A stretch of 63,809 nt of DNA, the filler included, from Choristocarpus tenellus KU-1152 (taxonomy: Eukaryota > Protista > Phaeophyceae): assembly GCA_964200185.2 (NCBI GenBank). It is 11 parts of 11 records of this genome, joined end to end, with 100 filler letters (N's around TTAATTAATTAA, not from the genome) between each part and the next. Parts side by side here need not be neighbours in the genome. Positions count along the whole stretch, not along the records: positions 11,087 to 16,292 come from CAXNAD020011512.1; positions 16,393 to 20,191 come from CAXNAD020017855.1; positions 20,292 to 31,080 come from CAXNAD020002709.1; 8 more parts are not named here. One strand, given 5' to 3'. The position numbers and the translations under genes are program-made. This document shows, piece by piece, positions 10,987 to 25,527 of the stretch (positions within the stretch are counted from its first letter, which is position 1; every line of letters starts with the position of its first letter). The notes below the pieces were generated by a model, which saw only the letters and a program-made list of their open reading frames with translations, ran no database searches and was not told the origin of the DNA.

Positions 10987-13611
10987 NNNNNNNNNNNNNN
11001 NNNNNNNNNNNNNNNNNNNNNNNNNNNNNNTTAATTAATTAANNNNNNNNNNNNNNNNNNNNNNNNNNNNNNNNNNNNNNNNNNNNCCCCCTCCCTTCAG
11101 CTCAATCAGGTTTAGGGTTGAAACTTTTGTAATAATACTTTGTACAGTAAAGCAGGCTGTAGAAGGAAGAAAAAAAAGATGGGTATGGAAGTGATGCTGT
11201 TGTATCTGTCACTCAAGCACTAACCATCTCTCATACAGAAATATATTAAGGCATACGTCTCCTTCACATCTTTTGTAGCAATCCATTTTGTGTGGTACCC
11301 GGACAACGCCTACGAGCTGATCATCTGCGTGAATAATTTCTAATCATAGCCTGGCAATACCCTCCCAACCAGTTGATCATTTTCCAGGCTCCATCTGTCA
11401 TCCCCTGCTGAATATTATTATTATTATTCGATGCTTGTGCAGGATAGCAGTGGGCAACTACAACAAACTACTATTAATAATACTCTTACCCTCACTACTA
11501 AGGCAAGATTGAACCATATATGTAATGAAATCTTGGCTACTGCTTCGCATGTAACGGCAGTAGTGATAGAAAAGAACAAAGGGAAGGATCAGCGCTCCTA
11601 GTTGGAATCGTTGTTGTCTTTAACTTGTATCCAGAGGATGGATACTCATTAGGAGTAGGTCCCATGGGACATTTCAATGCCAACAATCCGCCAAGGGCTT
11701 CAAAATGGACAGTCCTTCCACACATCAACATGCCTTCCATACCATGATAGTTGATACAGTCTGATCGAAGAACACAGCTTGCTATTCTAAACAATTGATA
11801 CGACCTGTTGATATCACCTTTTCCTACAGTCAACGGTTTCATCCCTCCATCACTTAGGCAACTCCTCCTAGCGAATGTACACATCGTCGTGGTCATTCTA
11901 ATAACATGCATTTTGATTTTTGTTAGCAAACGCGACAATCTGCTGCACTCGCTAAAATGATGTTTTCGAGTACCTAGTCAGATAGCGTCCGAGGCAGATA
12001 GGTCCAACCCACTAAAAAGTAACAACTTGTTCTAAAACTAGTACCTTTTTGTATCTCTCCGTCGAGCAGAGTGTATGATATTGCCTTCTCTTTCGAACAC
12101 ACCCTCATGTGGTTGTTGTAAAGAATGAATGTGCTTCGGAAAGTGGTGAGAAAAAATACTACTGCATTACATACACAGCAAACGCAGTAACACTATAAAC
12201 AATAGAATATGGTATTTTCTGGATGTTTTCTCCCTTCGTATTCAATTTCTACTACTTCAGTTGGCCTAGGGTTAGGGTTTGAATCGCCAGGGGGTGTGAC
12301 TTCTCTTGCCACCTATCGGATACTTTTTGTAACAGACACGTACACACACATATTTGTAGTATGTCTTGGGAGGTGTTAGGTTGGGGGTTTGTGAATAGCA
12401 AGAGGAAGTAGTGGAGGTATAGAACCCAATATGAACAACTTGGATTAATGAAATGGATCTAGCATAGTTGGGAGAGCATCAAAAAGATCACACCCACACT
12501 GAACCAAATACCTACACATTGATTGTATATGTAATATATACATGATGTTTGTAGAGTGTCGTATATAATTCTTTTTTACGCCCTTAAGTTCCAGAGTTAC
12601 ATCTTATGGACAGTGAAGGGGTAACACAACTTGAAGTCAATAATCTGCACCATTCTCATATTGATATACTAACTACCTAGTAGATAATATCAATATCAAT
12701 AGCAATAGCAATAGGAACATCAACAACACTGTAATACAATGCTAGTAGGATAAAAAATTACCGTTTTGAAGGTTTAAGATATGAAATCAGATTGTATATT
12801 AATGGTGACAAAGAGCAATATCAGTTAGATGAACTACAACATGGACAGTTTCGACAAAACGCCTTCCCCATCAATCCGTTCAACTGGCACGTCTACCACA
12901 TCCCACCTTCACCATAATCTTTAATCCTCGGATATTAGTCACTACATCAAAGGGCCGGGCAGGAGTCTGTCTTCCTTACCAACATAAACTCTGCATACTG
13001 CCAGATGAACGTCGATTGCGACCTCAATTCTCGCCATCATTAACCTACTTGTGTCCCAAGTATTTTCCACGTAGCGATATAGTCGAAACATTATCATGGT
13101 GCACGATTCACACGAACAAGCCTTGACTTCGTCTCAATCTAGAACGCTTGTAGAGATTCGTCATGCCGAAGAAGTGGTCTCTAGACTCCAAATACCTGCC
13201 ACTCTGTCACGAAAGATGCTTGAATCTAGAGAAGGTACTGGATTGTGGAGTAATGCCCTCACTACCAAGCTTTTGACTTTTCTTGCACCGTTCCCTCGGG
13301 ATGCTGTTCGATTAGAATCTTCCAACTCTATCGGGCAGCTACGGTAAAATATGTATGGAGTATAGGAACAATCAATTAGTGGTTGAGTTATCGGAACCTT
13401 TCAACAGTGATTAGTTGTATGAGAAAAATTTTAATGTTAAAGGAAATATTTCTGATTTTATGGGGTGATGCATGCCCCACTTAACTTTAATCTATCACTC
13501 TACAGACACCAAGGGATCTCACAGGGTTTATCACCTTTATCCTCTTTGATGATTTGGGAGACAATTTAACACAATATATTGAATCTTAGGTTTCTAACCC
13601 ATCATTTCATC

Positions 13612-15960
13612 ATGTCTACGCGAGGAGATGCGATTAATGAATTGCGGGAACCTGTTCCTTCCAAGGGCCCATCTGTCCAAGAATTCAGACAGCTTATGGC
13701 GACGGTAGGGGAGTTGTCAAGAAACGTTGGCAATCTCATGGTTCAGTCTGAAAGAGTCGGCGACGGCAATCATACCGCCGTCCAGGCCGCTGTGCTCAGC
13801 ACATGGCCTCCGGTTGGGCACGTACCAGTCGAAGTGGGTCCTATGGAATCCATGTTGAGGGAAAATTTCCCAGAGAGGGGAAACGGCTTGGATGCTGTGA
13901 GCGTCAGAAGTGGGAGAGCTTGAGGTGAGGCGCATATATTGTTCGCCCTACGACAAAGAGATCAAGAGCTCAACCACCGAAACTATTGGACGACTTGGAC
14001 TACCGGGACTGGAGGAGACGTTTCATTGTGCGTTGCAGATGTACCCACTGCTTGGGTGCGTTGACAGGTGAAAAACCAGTCAATCAAGAATGCTCCTACG
14101 AGGAACTTCTCTCGGACTGCTTCAGTGCGAATAATATCTGGATGACCGAAGAAGTCTATCATGCACTTACTGTGGCTCTGGTCGCACCCATCACCAGGGC
14201 ACTGTGCTATACTTACGAAAGCCCGAGCGAGCTTTTCCGAGCAATAGGTGATTGGTTCATGCCTAATACAGTGGGTAATAGCCAACATTTGTTCCGTTAA
14301 TTTTTCACTTCAAAGGTGGAGAAGGGGGCGAATCCGTTCCGGACCTTAAACCGCTTGGAAGAGGTACGGGGGAGGACGCTATCAAATGGACCTGATCATC
14401 TCTGACAAGCTGCTGCTTCTACAGTTCCTGAGTGCTCTCGGATCAGATTACGATAACAAGATACGCATGATGGCCTCGCAGAGGACACTATGTCGAGCGG
14501 ACGTAGAGAAACCTGCTAGAGAGCGATATGCTTCCCTTCTCATCAGGGGAAGGACTCAAGACACCAGAACAGTCATGCTTTGGTCGTTAACAGCTCATCA
14601 AAAGGTAGGAGTCAGTCTCATCGCAACGGCCATGGTCGCGGCGTCGAACGTAAATTTAATGGTGGAACAATGAAATATGGTTATAATTCCAACCCAAAAC
14701 GTTCCGAGAAGATTCCTTGTAAGAGGTGTGGTATACATGGACATGAGAAGCCAGCTTGCCCAAAACCGCATTTGCACCAAGTGTAGTGGACCTGCCCATG
14801 ATGCTACAACATGTACTTCCGTGTTCATGCCTACGGTGCAGTCTGGGAAAGAAGAGATCGAGACTGAGACGAATCCTTCCCACATTACTGTGGAAAGTAT
14901 CACCAGCTGCGGCGACAACGAGCGATAAGCACACACTGGCCGCCACTAAGGACTCTCCGAGCAACAATGCTCCAGGCAAGTGTGGAGCAAACGAATGTTT
15001 GGTGTCAAGTGTTGGGGTTGGCCGCGAGAGAGAAGAATGGATTTTGGACAGTGCGGCTTCATGTCACGTAACTAATAAGAAAACTCACATGACAAATTAC
15101 AAGCCTTGCGTTGGAAACGAAAGGGTAGTCACTGCCAGCGATGCAATAGGAATCGATTCAATAGGAATTTCATCTGGCAGTGACTACCCTTTCGTTTCCA
15201 ACGCAAGGCTTGTAATTTATCATGTGAGTTTTCTTATTAGTTACGTGACATGAAGCCGCACTGTCCAAAATCCATTCTTCTCTCTCGCGGCCAACCCCAA
15301 CACTTGACACCAAACATTCATTTGCTCCACACTTGCCTGGAGCATTGCTGCTCGGAGAGTCCTCAGCGGCGACCAGTAGTACGTATCGCTCGTAGTCCCC
15401 GCAGCTGGTGATACTTTCCACAGTAATGTGGGAAGGATTCGCCTCAGTCTTGATCTCTTCTTTCCCAAACCGCACCGTAGTCATGGACACCGAAGTACAT
15501 GTTGTAGCATCATGGGAAAGAAGAGATCGAGACCGAGGCGAATCCTTCCCACATTACTGTGGAAAGTATCACCAGCTGCGGCGACAACGAGCAATACGCA
15601 CTACTGGCCGCCACTAAGGACTCTCCGAGCAGCAATGCTCCAGGCAAGTGTGGGGAAAATGAATATTTGGTGTCAAGTGTTGGGGTTGGCCGCGAGAAAG
15701 AAGAATGGTTTTGGACAGTGCGGCTTCATGTCACATGACAAATATGGTAAAATCCGTAGCAATTTACAAGCCTTGTGTTTTAGACAAAAGGGTAGTCACT
15801 TCGAGCGATGCAAAAGGAATTTTGGCTGGCAGTGACTACCCTTTTGTTTCCGTCACGTGACAACAAGGAGGTAGAAATACTCCTTCAAAATGTCGCCCAT
15901 GTCCCAGATCTTGGAATTTTTTTTTTCTTGCTAAGCATCAGCTGATAAGGGTGCGAAAGG
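13612..15960 (+). mobile_element. Ty1/Copia LTR-retrotransposon remnant (gag, zinc knuckle, aspartic protease), frameshifted and rearranged
   Basis: Gag-like DYRDWRRRF and LQFLSALGSDYD; CCHC knuckle CKRCGIHGHEKPAC; protease WILDSAASCHVTN; LLQNVAHVPDLG. Multiple stops and frameshifts; no integrase or RT seen. Confidence 0.9.
14795..15851. repeat. Inverted triplication within the Copia remnant (forward 14795-15138, inverted 15174-15516, forward 15513-15820)
   Basis: The protease segment appears on + (EWILDSAASCHVTN), on - (ORF 15170-15490), and again on +. Confidence 0.92.
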
Positions 15961-16089
15961 CATTTTCGCAGCCAGTACATTCTTGTTGTTACATAGAATA
16001 CTTATCTTCACAAGAGATCCTGGTTGCCATTACACCCTCCATGGTCAATGCATATTGCTGCGACCAGGTCGAAATGCGGAAGTTGCTTT

Positions 16090-16292
16090 GAGCCAAAGTA
16101 TCTTAGAGGGTAGAGCCGCGTCCATTTAGGGGCCAAAGTTGGATGTTGCGATTATAATATAATCTTGGCTATCGCTTTTGTTAGTAAGTGTCAATATCCA
16201 TGCTCCTGACACACTTTTTCCTAACATACACACTTTACCTACTCCTAAACATTTTGGAGTAGGAAAATATCACTAAGGAACTCATGAGAAGC
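16090..16292 (+). mobile_element. MITE family A, right end truncated at linker
   Basis: Family A left TIR and body. Confidence 0.85.
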
Positions 16293-16392
16293 NNNNNNNN
16301 NNNNNNNNNNNNNNNNNNNNNNNNNNNNNNNNNNNNTTAATTAATTAANNNNNNNNNNNNNNNNNNNNNNNNNNNNNNNNNNNNNNNNNNNN

Positions 16393-16555
16393 GGGTAGGG
16401 GGGGGTCTACACTAGGGTGTCCATTTGGACCCTGACAAGGAAAAGTACACTTGCAATATCCGTCCGACCCTTGCAACCAAATCACCCAAAAATTGCGAAA
16501 TGGAAATCTGGGTCCCAAATGGACAACCGCCACCCCCCCTCAGATACTTTGAGCC
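16393..16555 (+). mobile_element. MITE family B, left end truncated by linker
   Basis: Family B body ending CCCCCTCAGATACTTTGAGCC. Confidence 0.8.
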
Positions 16556-18117
16556 ATGGATCCAAGCTTGGTTTCTTCTTCCTTCCTGTATTACTTCTTC
16601 TTTTTGATACAAGGTATCAGTTGCATGTTAGAACATAGGCTACCCATTCGATTTGTTTTGATACGATACAGCATTGTCAACTTACACTGAATGCTGATTC
16701 GTCAATTGTACTGGTCGATATTCCCGTTTCCATCATTAGCTCATCAACACACTCTACTCAAGCACTGTAAGTACGTCACAGTGGATAGGAAGCATAGGAA
16801 CAGTCACTGCACATCATGAACACATACTATAAGGGATATTAGTCATGATAGATATGGTTTCAAGTTTGACCTCTTGTTTCTTCTTTGTTTTTTACTTTTT
16901 CATCTCCATGAAGTAAGAAGTTTCAGTTGCATAGGATGTGTTGATTATTATATATATATATATTGACTGGCATTGTCACATCTACAGCGATCCCCATCAC
17001 TCTGCAACATGTATAAGACACACGCCAGGATGCAATATAAACAGAGTTCTAACCATCCTTCGAAGACCTTCTCTGCCAAGGTGACAAACCTCCTTACAGA
17101 GGATGAATTCTTCATCTGAAAGTCTCAATGAATTACCATTTTCTATCAATCACTGTCTGCTTGAGTAATATATGCCACAGACATACCAGTACCCATCTTA
17201 CTTCAATCAAAGTCTGATTGAGTAAGACATTACTTCAGACAAATCAAACCGAACCCGCAGGTGTCTTGTTGCACTATGGCACACACTTGCTTCTAACCGT
17301 GTTAATCACACAGCACATCCAAACATACCTTCATATCGAACACTTGTCTGACTGAATACAAAATGTTATCAGACCTACCGGAACAAATTCATCAGAGCTT
17401 TGTTGCACTATCATCTCCTTCGTCACAAACCAGACACATCACAACAACACACAACTCATACGAAATCAGGCTTCAACAGGTTATGAGCCTCAACACTTGA
17501 TCGACACATACCACAACACATTCATCCGACCTTGTCTTGTACTACCAAGATCACTACACTAAATAGCCCCGGTGTACTGCCATGGAATGTCAGCTAATAC
17601 AATTTCCCCTGGCGATGCCTTCCCTTGAAAGACGTCCGCACTCTGTGCTGTGAGCACCTGGAGCTGTGTGACTCCTCGGGCCCATCAAGTTTTATTCAGC
17701 GCACTTCCCATCCTTCCACCACTACCACTCCACCTCCCACTGCATACGAAGAAGATAGAGACCAGCAGTCTGGCATCCTCCTTGCTACCTACCGTTGATG
17801 TTCGAAAGACCTTGACGGACTCCAGCAGCGGGACGAAACTCACATCACCGATGGCTTGTCAGCATGGCAGTCCCTGAAGTCCAAGGACGTACTGGTACTG
17901 GTACTGGTACTGATACTGCAGGGATACTGCACAGAAGAATCAATAGTATCTTACGTGTGTGTAGCTGCGATGGAACAATGGATTCGTGCTATTCATCACC
18001 GGTTCCAGCTTTGTACTATGGACACTGTCGAGGATTCCAACCAGTGACTCACAAACCTCTACAAGGCTAAGAGCTGAGTTGTGGACCCCGCAGCCTTCCC
18101 TCCACTGCTTGAGCTCA

Positions 18118-18378
18118 GAGTCGAAGCATCTTAGAGGGTAGAGCCATGTCCGTTTGGGGCCCAAAATCCAATGTTGCGATTTTGATGTAATTTTGGCTAT
18201 CATGTTTGTTAGGAAGTGTCAATGCCTTTGTTCCGGACACACCTTTTCATGATGTATACATTTTACCTACTCCGAAATGTTTTTCGGAGTAGGAAAATGT
18301 CATAAAAAACCCCGTGGGAAGCCAACCCCCAAACGGACAAACAGGGCAAAACTCCTACCCTCTAAGATATTTTCACTC
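18118..18378 (+). mobile_element. MITE family A, complete copy, TSD TCA
   Basis: TIRs GAGTCGAAGCATCTTAGAGGGTA / TACCCTCTAAGATATTTTCACTC; TCA on both flanks. Confidence 0.9.
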
Positions 18379-20110
18379 TCACCACTGCCGCTACTGTCAG
18401 CACCCTGGTCACCACCTGCCCCAATGCCCCAACCGTACCTCTGTCCCCACCTAACCACCATCCTAAGCTACTACATTGACACCATCCCAAGCCCCTGCCA
18501 CACTCCCTTACGCTTGGTGCTCCTACCATATGGCACCTCCGTACCCTGATCGAGAATACGGAGGACAACATCGACACCCTTGCTCACTGCCCACCCATCA
18601 CTCACCCCTACCTACTTCCAATCACGCCCAACCACACACCTCCAGTACAAGACACACCCACAACCGACCCACCTCAGTCACATCTGATCCTGACTGCACA
18701 GCCCCCATTGCCAATCCCTTCCTTTATCCATATCACCCACCATCCCTTATCACTATTGAAACCTGAATCGAATGCATCGTACATGTAAGCAAATTGTGTA
18801 GACTACGAGTGATGAGGAATCATGGTGTTGCAAGCACCGATGAGGGATATGCGTAGTCTATGTTATGGATAGATGTGATTGTGCTGCAAAGCAGCACCGA
18901 TGTATTTATTCTGTTGTAACTGAAGTCATTGATCTCTCAGTCAAGAATGATTTGATGTGAATTCAGTATTCTTGGTTGCTCAATCCAGAATGATTTGAAT
19001 CGAATTCAGTGTTCTTTCATGAGATACTCAACGAAAGAAGTCCATGGTCTGTGACTTGTTACCTTGACTGGCAAGGGTTTCCGCGGATGGTTTTAACTCT
19101 GATTATATTACATACATGTGTGTGTTTACTACACTGTTTGCGGAGTGGGCTTGATGCATTTCGAGAGATCAATGGTAGCCATGAAAATATTATCAACAAT
19201 CAATGTGCAACTGTCATCTTGTACTGATAAGAGGAGGAAAGAGTGAAGAAAAAACAAACAAGGGAATAACAGAACAAACTTGAACCAATGTGTGATGCAA
19301 CCAAAGTAACGTATACTATTCTTGCGTGTGGGACGCAGAGCAACTGTTCTGTACTACGGTGTTCTGATGGGGATTGATGTGGTGATGATGAACTTGTGAC
19401 AGTAACGTCCAGAGCGTAACAGACCAATCAACAGTCAGTGTTGACTGGTGGAACTGTATCCTATCAAGGAACGAAAAGATGAGTAACCTATGTTTTAACG
19501 ATCACACCCCCTTTTCATGCCCATCCCATCACTGCCTCCAGCATAGGGAACCTCCATCTCACTACAGATTGGTCAGCCACCTTCACTAGACTACTGGAGC
19601 AAAACACATTTTACCCTGCCTCCGTTGCCCTCCACTGCCCTGCTCGCATCTGTTTATAGTAGTCATCTGTACTCCACATGTGTTATGGCGATTACTGGCT
19701 GGACTACAGTGATTAATCACACACACACTTACTGTCTGATAATGGTATGACACGCATTGCGGAGCTTGGATGCCTTGTACTACTTCGACTTCTCCCCATG
19801 TCTCTCAATCCCGCCACCTACTGACCCAAACATTCCCATACGTGCCCTCCTGACTTCCCTCACCCTACCCACTCCACCATCCCACACACCTACCTACCTG
19901 CCCACCCCCCCCACCCCCCCTCTCCCCCCAGTAACAACTACCCTGGCCTATTAATCCCTCCTCACCTGACACCACCTCAATGACTGGGGCCTCCACTGTT
20001 GTCACACCAACCATCCCGCTGTCATTATCATCCATGCCCCTGATCACATCCATCACTGCCCTTCTGCAACCCCAACAATTTCCAACACAATCCGACCCCC
20101 GTCCACATAA

Positions 20111-20191
20111 GACCCAAAGTATCTGGGGGGGGGAGGGTGGTCTACACCAGGGTGTCCATTTGGACCAATAGCAGGAAAAGTGCATTTACAT
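20111..20191 (+). mobile_element. MITE family B left end, truncated at linker
   Basis: GACCCAAAGTATCTGGGGGGG...CAGGGTGTCCATTTGG. Confidence 0.8.
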
Positions 20192-20836
20192 NNNNNNNNN
20201 NNNNNNNNNNNNNNNNNNNNNNNNNNNNNNNNNNNTTAATTAATTAANNNNNNNNNNNNNNNNNNNNNNNNNNNNNNNNNNNNNNNNNNNNCTCTTCACC
20301 ACTACTTAATACCCCCTCCCTACCGCACCCTCTTTAGGACCTTGTATTGATATTCCATTGTTTTTTTGTCACAACTCAATATTCCCATTAGTTGAGAATG
20401 CAATGATTTGTGAGATAGATGGGCTCATGTGGGTTCATGTTTGCTTCCCTTCGAATCCCTTCGGATCTGAAGCGAAGATAGGGGATTCCAGAAAACTGAA
20501 ACAGGGCACCACTCTGGTGTGGGGACGTGTTTTACAAAGGATGTGTTCTGCCGAATTTCATCTTTGTCTGCAAGGAAGAACCAAATAGAACCAGGATGTT
20601 GCTAATGTATCATAAGGAAACCTTAGCTGAGCACAGAGTGTAGCAGGAAAGTTTGCCACAAACGTCAAAATTTCCTACGATGTGAAGGCGAGATTAGGTG
20701 TTAAAGAATTTTTTCTGTAGTTGTACTCTCCTGAGTTTAGAAGCATCGATATAACGTGTTGAAGTGATTTTTACATATACGCCCTTTTTATGTTTGGTAT
20801 GTTCTGGTATGAAGTGGTGCTGAGGTGCTGATACAG

Positions 20837-20899
20837 GATAACTCTGACTACGAGAATACTCTCAACGTGAATCTCATGGGCTCCATCAGATTCACAAAG
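20837..20899 (+). CDS. Short-chain dehydrogenase/reductase (RDH/BDH1-like SDR), exon a
   Basis: CAG|DNSDYENTLNVNLMGSIRFTK|GTAAGG; contains the SDR VNxxG motif; phase 0. Confidence 0.85.
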
Positions 20900-21392
20900 G
20901 TAAGGAGGTGGAGACAGATTTCTGTGAGGGATGATGGTAGATGGGGTATGCTGACATGTTTGGAAAATTGGCAGTGAACCATTGTGGGGCACTACCCTGG
21001 TGTTCCAGTAGCCACTTGGGACCAATTGAATAATTTCTATTTGTGTTGCCTCTTGAAGACAATCAAAACTTGAATTTCATCCACAAGAGTGGGGCATCTC
21101 AACATGAATTGAAGTTTTGACTCACACTAGGGAATGGCAGTAATGGGAGAGAAACCTCAAGGAGTAGTGAAAAAAATATAGTATTGGCGAAGACTGCTGT
21201 TAATAATGGTCCTGATACTTTCCCCATGTGTCTCATACGCTGCGCCTCCCCTAATCAGACATACCAATCCTATCTCTACCTTGGGACCTCTGAAACCATC
21301 CCCAAGCCGAACAACAGTCAATCTACCTTGCATCATTGAATCTTCAACTCTGCTAATACTTGGTTTGATGTTGACAACCCTTATTGCCACAG

Positions 21393-21560
21393 GCTACACT
21401 CCATATGCTGATTGACACTCCAGGATCACGAGTGGTGTTCATGTCGTCCGTGGCCGGTCTTGTACCCTTTCCTGGCATGTCCGAATACACAACATCCAAG
21501 TTCGGAATTGAGGGTTTTGCGGGGGTCCTGCGTGGAGAAATGGAATGTTTTGATGTGCAG
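21393..21560 (+). CDS. SDR exon b (catalytic S and YxxxK)
   Basis: CAG|ATLHMLIDTPGSRVVFMSSVAGLVPFPGMSEYTTSKFGIEGFAGVLRGEMECFDVQ|GTAAGT. Confidence 0.93.
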
Positions 21561-24493
21561 GTAAGTCCAGAAGTGTGTTTATGTACTACTCTGAAGCCTA
21601 GCTTTAATGTGGTATATGTGCTACGATGCCTTCTATTACGATCCCTATCTCAAGCGATATAATGTGAGATTGAGTGACAACGCTATGGAAAGCTGGATTC
21701 CTTCCTCTGAAGACCAGTGGAAATGCGTCCTGTGTATAATGGCTACGTAACATGTGCTCCGGAGTATGTATGACCTAGGCACGAAGGCAAAGCAGTTAGT
21801 AAAGCAGATAGTTGACAAGACCCTGCTCATAGCTGCAGAACTCATCAATTTTATTGAAGTGTTTCTTTGAGATAGGGTTTTGTATCATTCAGCCAAACTA
21901 TTTGAATTCAACCGCTCACGAATCAAAGTACCAAATTCTGTCCTTCAAAATCCGGGTTGTTACTAATTTCGTATTTCATAGTATGTAGTATATACCTGAT
22001 ACCCACTTGCTGCACCAATACAGAACAAGAGAGAAGGGGTGCCACCTTCCTCTGTCTCGATTATGTCCTCATATGCCAGTCCGAATGTCGTTTTGTATGC
22101 AACGTGAGGGTGTACCATCAGCGGCAACAAACCACGTTTTGTATTAGTATCAGCCCGCCTCCTTGGTCAATTTGTTCCAAATTATAAGACACACACTTGG
22201 AAGAGACCCTGTTTGGCTCACCAGACAAGCCCCAATGTCTCATCTACCTTTTAGAACAGAACCAGCAAGTGGGATTGCAGAAATCTTCCTGGTGGCAGAA
22301 GCAGTGGCGAACAAGTACACAGGTGTAGCAGCAGATGTCAATGTAAGGCATTTTCATATGCAGCTCAGTCATTTCTAGAAGGCGGTTCGAAGATACCGCT
22401 AACTCTTACACGGAATCGCAAGTGACCAACCCCAAGCAATTTTCTTGAGGTATGAAGGGTGCTGGAAAAACCATGGCAAAATCAGTGTGCTGCCCTCAAA
22501 ACTCCTTTGTCGCGAGACGGTGTTGACAGGGGCTGGTAAAAGACTCAAACGGGTGAGGGTATCTGCCTTGTGGGGGGGTTTCTTGACACATAGATACACC
22601 AGGAAGATGGAAGAATGCATTTGCAGTAAGGATTGAACCGGATTTTGTCAACATCTAAAATTGTTCTGTGTAGATAGTGTGCAATATAGGCTGGTAGTCT
22701 GTATGGTTTATAGGTAATTAGTGACCACTGCTAGACAACAGATATGTTGACTGAGCGGAACAAGTGTCCATGGATTGTTTTTGCGTGCTTAGAGTAGTGG
22801 GTTCGAATCTCAGACGATTGATTTCTTTTTACTTGATATAAATGGATTGATGGAGGATTACTTTCGTAGTACTAGTTACACAGGATAAGGGACATAGTAC
22901 GACCAACGGCAGGATACATTAAGAGAGATGTGTCAGCTGACGTGTGCAATAAGATAGTAAGAGAGAGTCCCCCCCCCCACCATCAAGGGATGGTGCTCAC
23001 TCCGCATAAAGCAAAGATTATATTGAATAGCTTTCTTTTTCAAATATAGGACACGCAAAGTGTCTCCGAATTCATCCATGGCAAGTCCGGCAGGTTACTG
23101 AGGGAGGCAGGAACCATTCAAGGATATTGGGAGTGACATTTAATACACATTTGTTCTTGTTCTTCGAATTATTCCGAGTGACTCCAAACTCGTGATCAAA
23201 TGGTAGTCACACAATACTTTATATATTCTTGATATATTGAAGATGCCACAAATATAAAAGATAAAGGAAGAAATGAAAAAGAAAAAAAAAATCTAAGAAG
23301 GGCATCCAGGAAAAACACAGGGACTAAGCAATAGTACTTGCTGACTGAGACAGAGCATTATTTTTGTCAACATAACCAAGGTGTATGAAAAAGGGGGGGA
23401 AGAGAAATGGTCAGAATTTTATCTGGTCCATCTACTCCAGACACTAAATCTTACACATTGTATATGACATAGAGGAGAGGGGGACGCCAAATGATCAAAC
23501 CAAAGAAAAGACCCCTAGTAGGAAAGAAAAATCCAGACAGTGGTGAGTGTGCATGTGCCCTAATCTGCTCGAGTTTCCTTAGCTGCTGCCTTGATATGTA
23601 TAGTCATCATGACTTCTCTGACTAGTCACTCGTCCATCAAGCTCTTTGCTCCATCAACCACACATGCGTGGCATGTGTGATGGTTTCTTGCTCCCTTGGC
23701 AGTGATCCTAAATTTCTCAACATTGTTTTGCAATTGCACCCACCAATGCATCTCCTGCCTACCTTACTTTCGTTTTCTATCTGCAATTTACTCAAACAAC
23801 GTTCTCGGTAATGATGCATTTCCCTATGCATGCAGCCGACCCTCCAAAGAAGAGTCTCTTTATTTGGGGTGTTCTTGAATGCAAAGTCTCAACCCTACTG
23901 GTGCTGAGTTCTTTGATCAATGATCCGCGTGCTTAGCGCTTGCTGATGCACCAATATTAGTGGAAGTGGCACAAGCAACCTGTGCCATACGAAAATGGAA
24001 AGCACTGTGATCAGATGATTTCCCAGTAGAATTCCTGAAGCTTGACCTCAATGAAAACAAGATATCCTGGAAGTTTCTCCACAAGATTGTATTGGTTGTG
24101 TGGCACTAGGAGGATGTGCCACACAGGATTGGAAGGAGGGTCTTATCAAGGTGCAGTTCAAAAAGGACCAGGTGATCTGTGGCAAATACAGAGGCATCTC
24201 ATCAGTGGCGCATGTTGGCAGCGATTGTAAATGTTACTAGGACATCCAAGCCAGCTGTGTCCAAGCTGAAGATAGAAACCAAGTGACATTGATTTCCCAA
24301 GAAGGCCACAAACACAATGCAGATTTGGACTTTGGCCCAGAGTTACGAGCAAACTGACAAATTCAGTTACCTTGGAGGCATCTTCTGCGGTGATGCTAAT
24401 ACCACTGTTGAGATCAGCTAAAGGTTCCAATGAACCTGGAGCTGCTTCCTCAAATATGGTCAGGTGCTCAATTGACAGAGCCAGAGGTACTTA

Positions 24494-24755
24494 GAGCCAA
24501 AGTACCTTAGAGGGTAGAGCTACGTCCATTTGGGGGACAAAATCCTATTTTGTGATTTAGAGGTAATTTTGACTATCATGTTTGTTTAGGAAGTGTCAAT
24601 ATCCTTGTTCCGGACACACCTTTTCAAAACATGTACATTTTACCTACTCCGAAATAATTTCGGAGTAGGAAAATATCATAAAAAAACTCCAAGGGAAGCC
24701 AAGCCCCAAATGGACAAACAGGGCAAAACTCATACCCTCTGAGGTACTTTCACTC
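24494..24755 (+). mobile_element. MITE family A, complete copy in SDR intron, TSD CTTA
   Basis: Both TIRs present; CTTA on both flanks; internal palindrome CCTACTCCGAAA-TAA-TTTCGGAGTAGG. Confidence 0.92.
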
Positions 24756-25527
24756 CTTAACTTGAGCTTGAGATATATATGATAAAGATGAAATTACCAG
24801 AGACCCTGTTGCATGGTTGTATGACAAGGACAATCTACCATGTCCACAATGTCAAGCTTTGTTTTTACTGCCACAATTCCTCCTACGCTACATTCGATTT
24901 TGCAAACAAGATTGCATCATGTTATACTGAAATGCTCTTGTGAAAACTAGGTATGACAGTGCTAAGGTGAATGTGTGGAAACGGAGAGTCTTGTTCATAG
25001 GGTCAGTTGCACCCATTGGGGTTGAGCTGAATGCTGAAGGGACTACTGATAATTGGGGAACTTGTGGATGGAAAGTGGAAGCAAGGTAGACAGGAGAAGC
25101 ACTGTTGGATTTGCCTGTAAGACGACCTTGATAAGTTTTTGGTATCATGGTCGAGGGATGGCGTTACTATCCAATACTCCTCAGTATTATTGTTTGCTTC
25201 ACTTCAGCCTGGTTACTGACCTGGCCCGTGATCAGAGTGTGTGGGGGGGGATGGAGCCAAACACTTCAGGGATACCTAGCAAATAGTGATGCTGAAACAC
25301 TCATAGCTGTTAAACATTGAGATATGTGTGGCTATCTGTTCCGGTGGAATAATGTATTCAAATATTTAACAGAATCAGAGACTGGGAATCTTCCCAGCAT
25401 AATCTGCTGGCCACCACCTCACTATGTGCTCACTTTTCCTGAGTGGTAAACTCAATCTTCATGTTTTCCGTTCCTGGACACCTCTCTCACTCTATCTTTA
25501 TCGTCCTGTTGTAGGGAGTTGGGAAAG

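Noticed and set aside
17477-17489. Copia LTR end plus PBS (CA|GGTTATGAGCC)
   Set aside because: No matching LTR or gag follows; an 11-bp match alone is insufficient.
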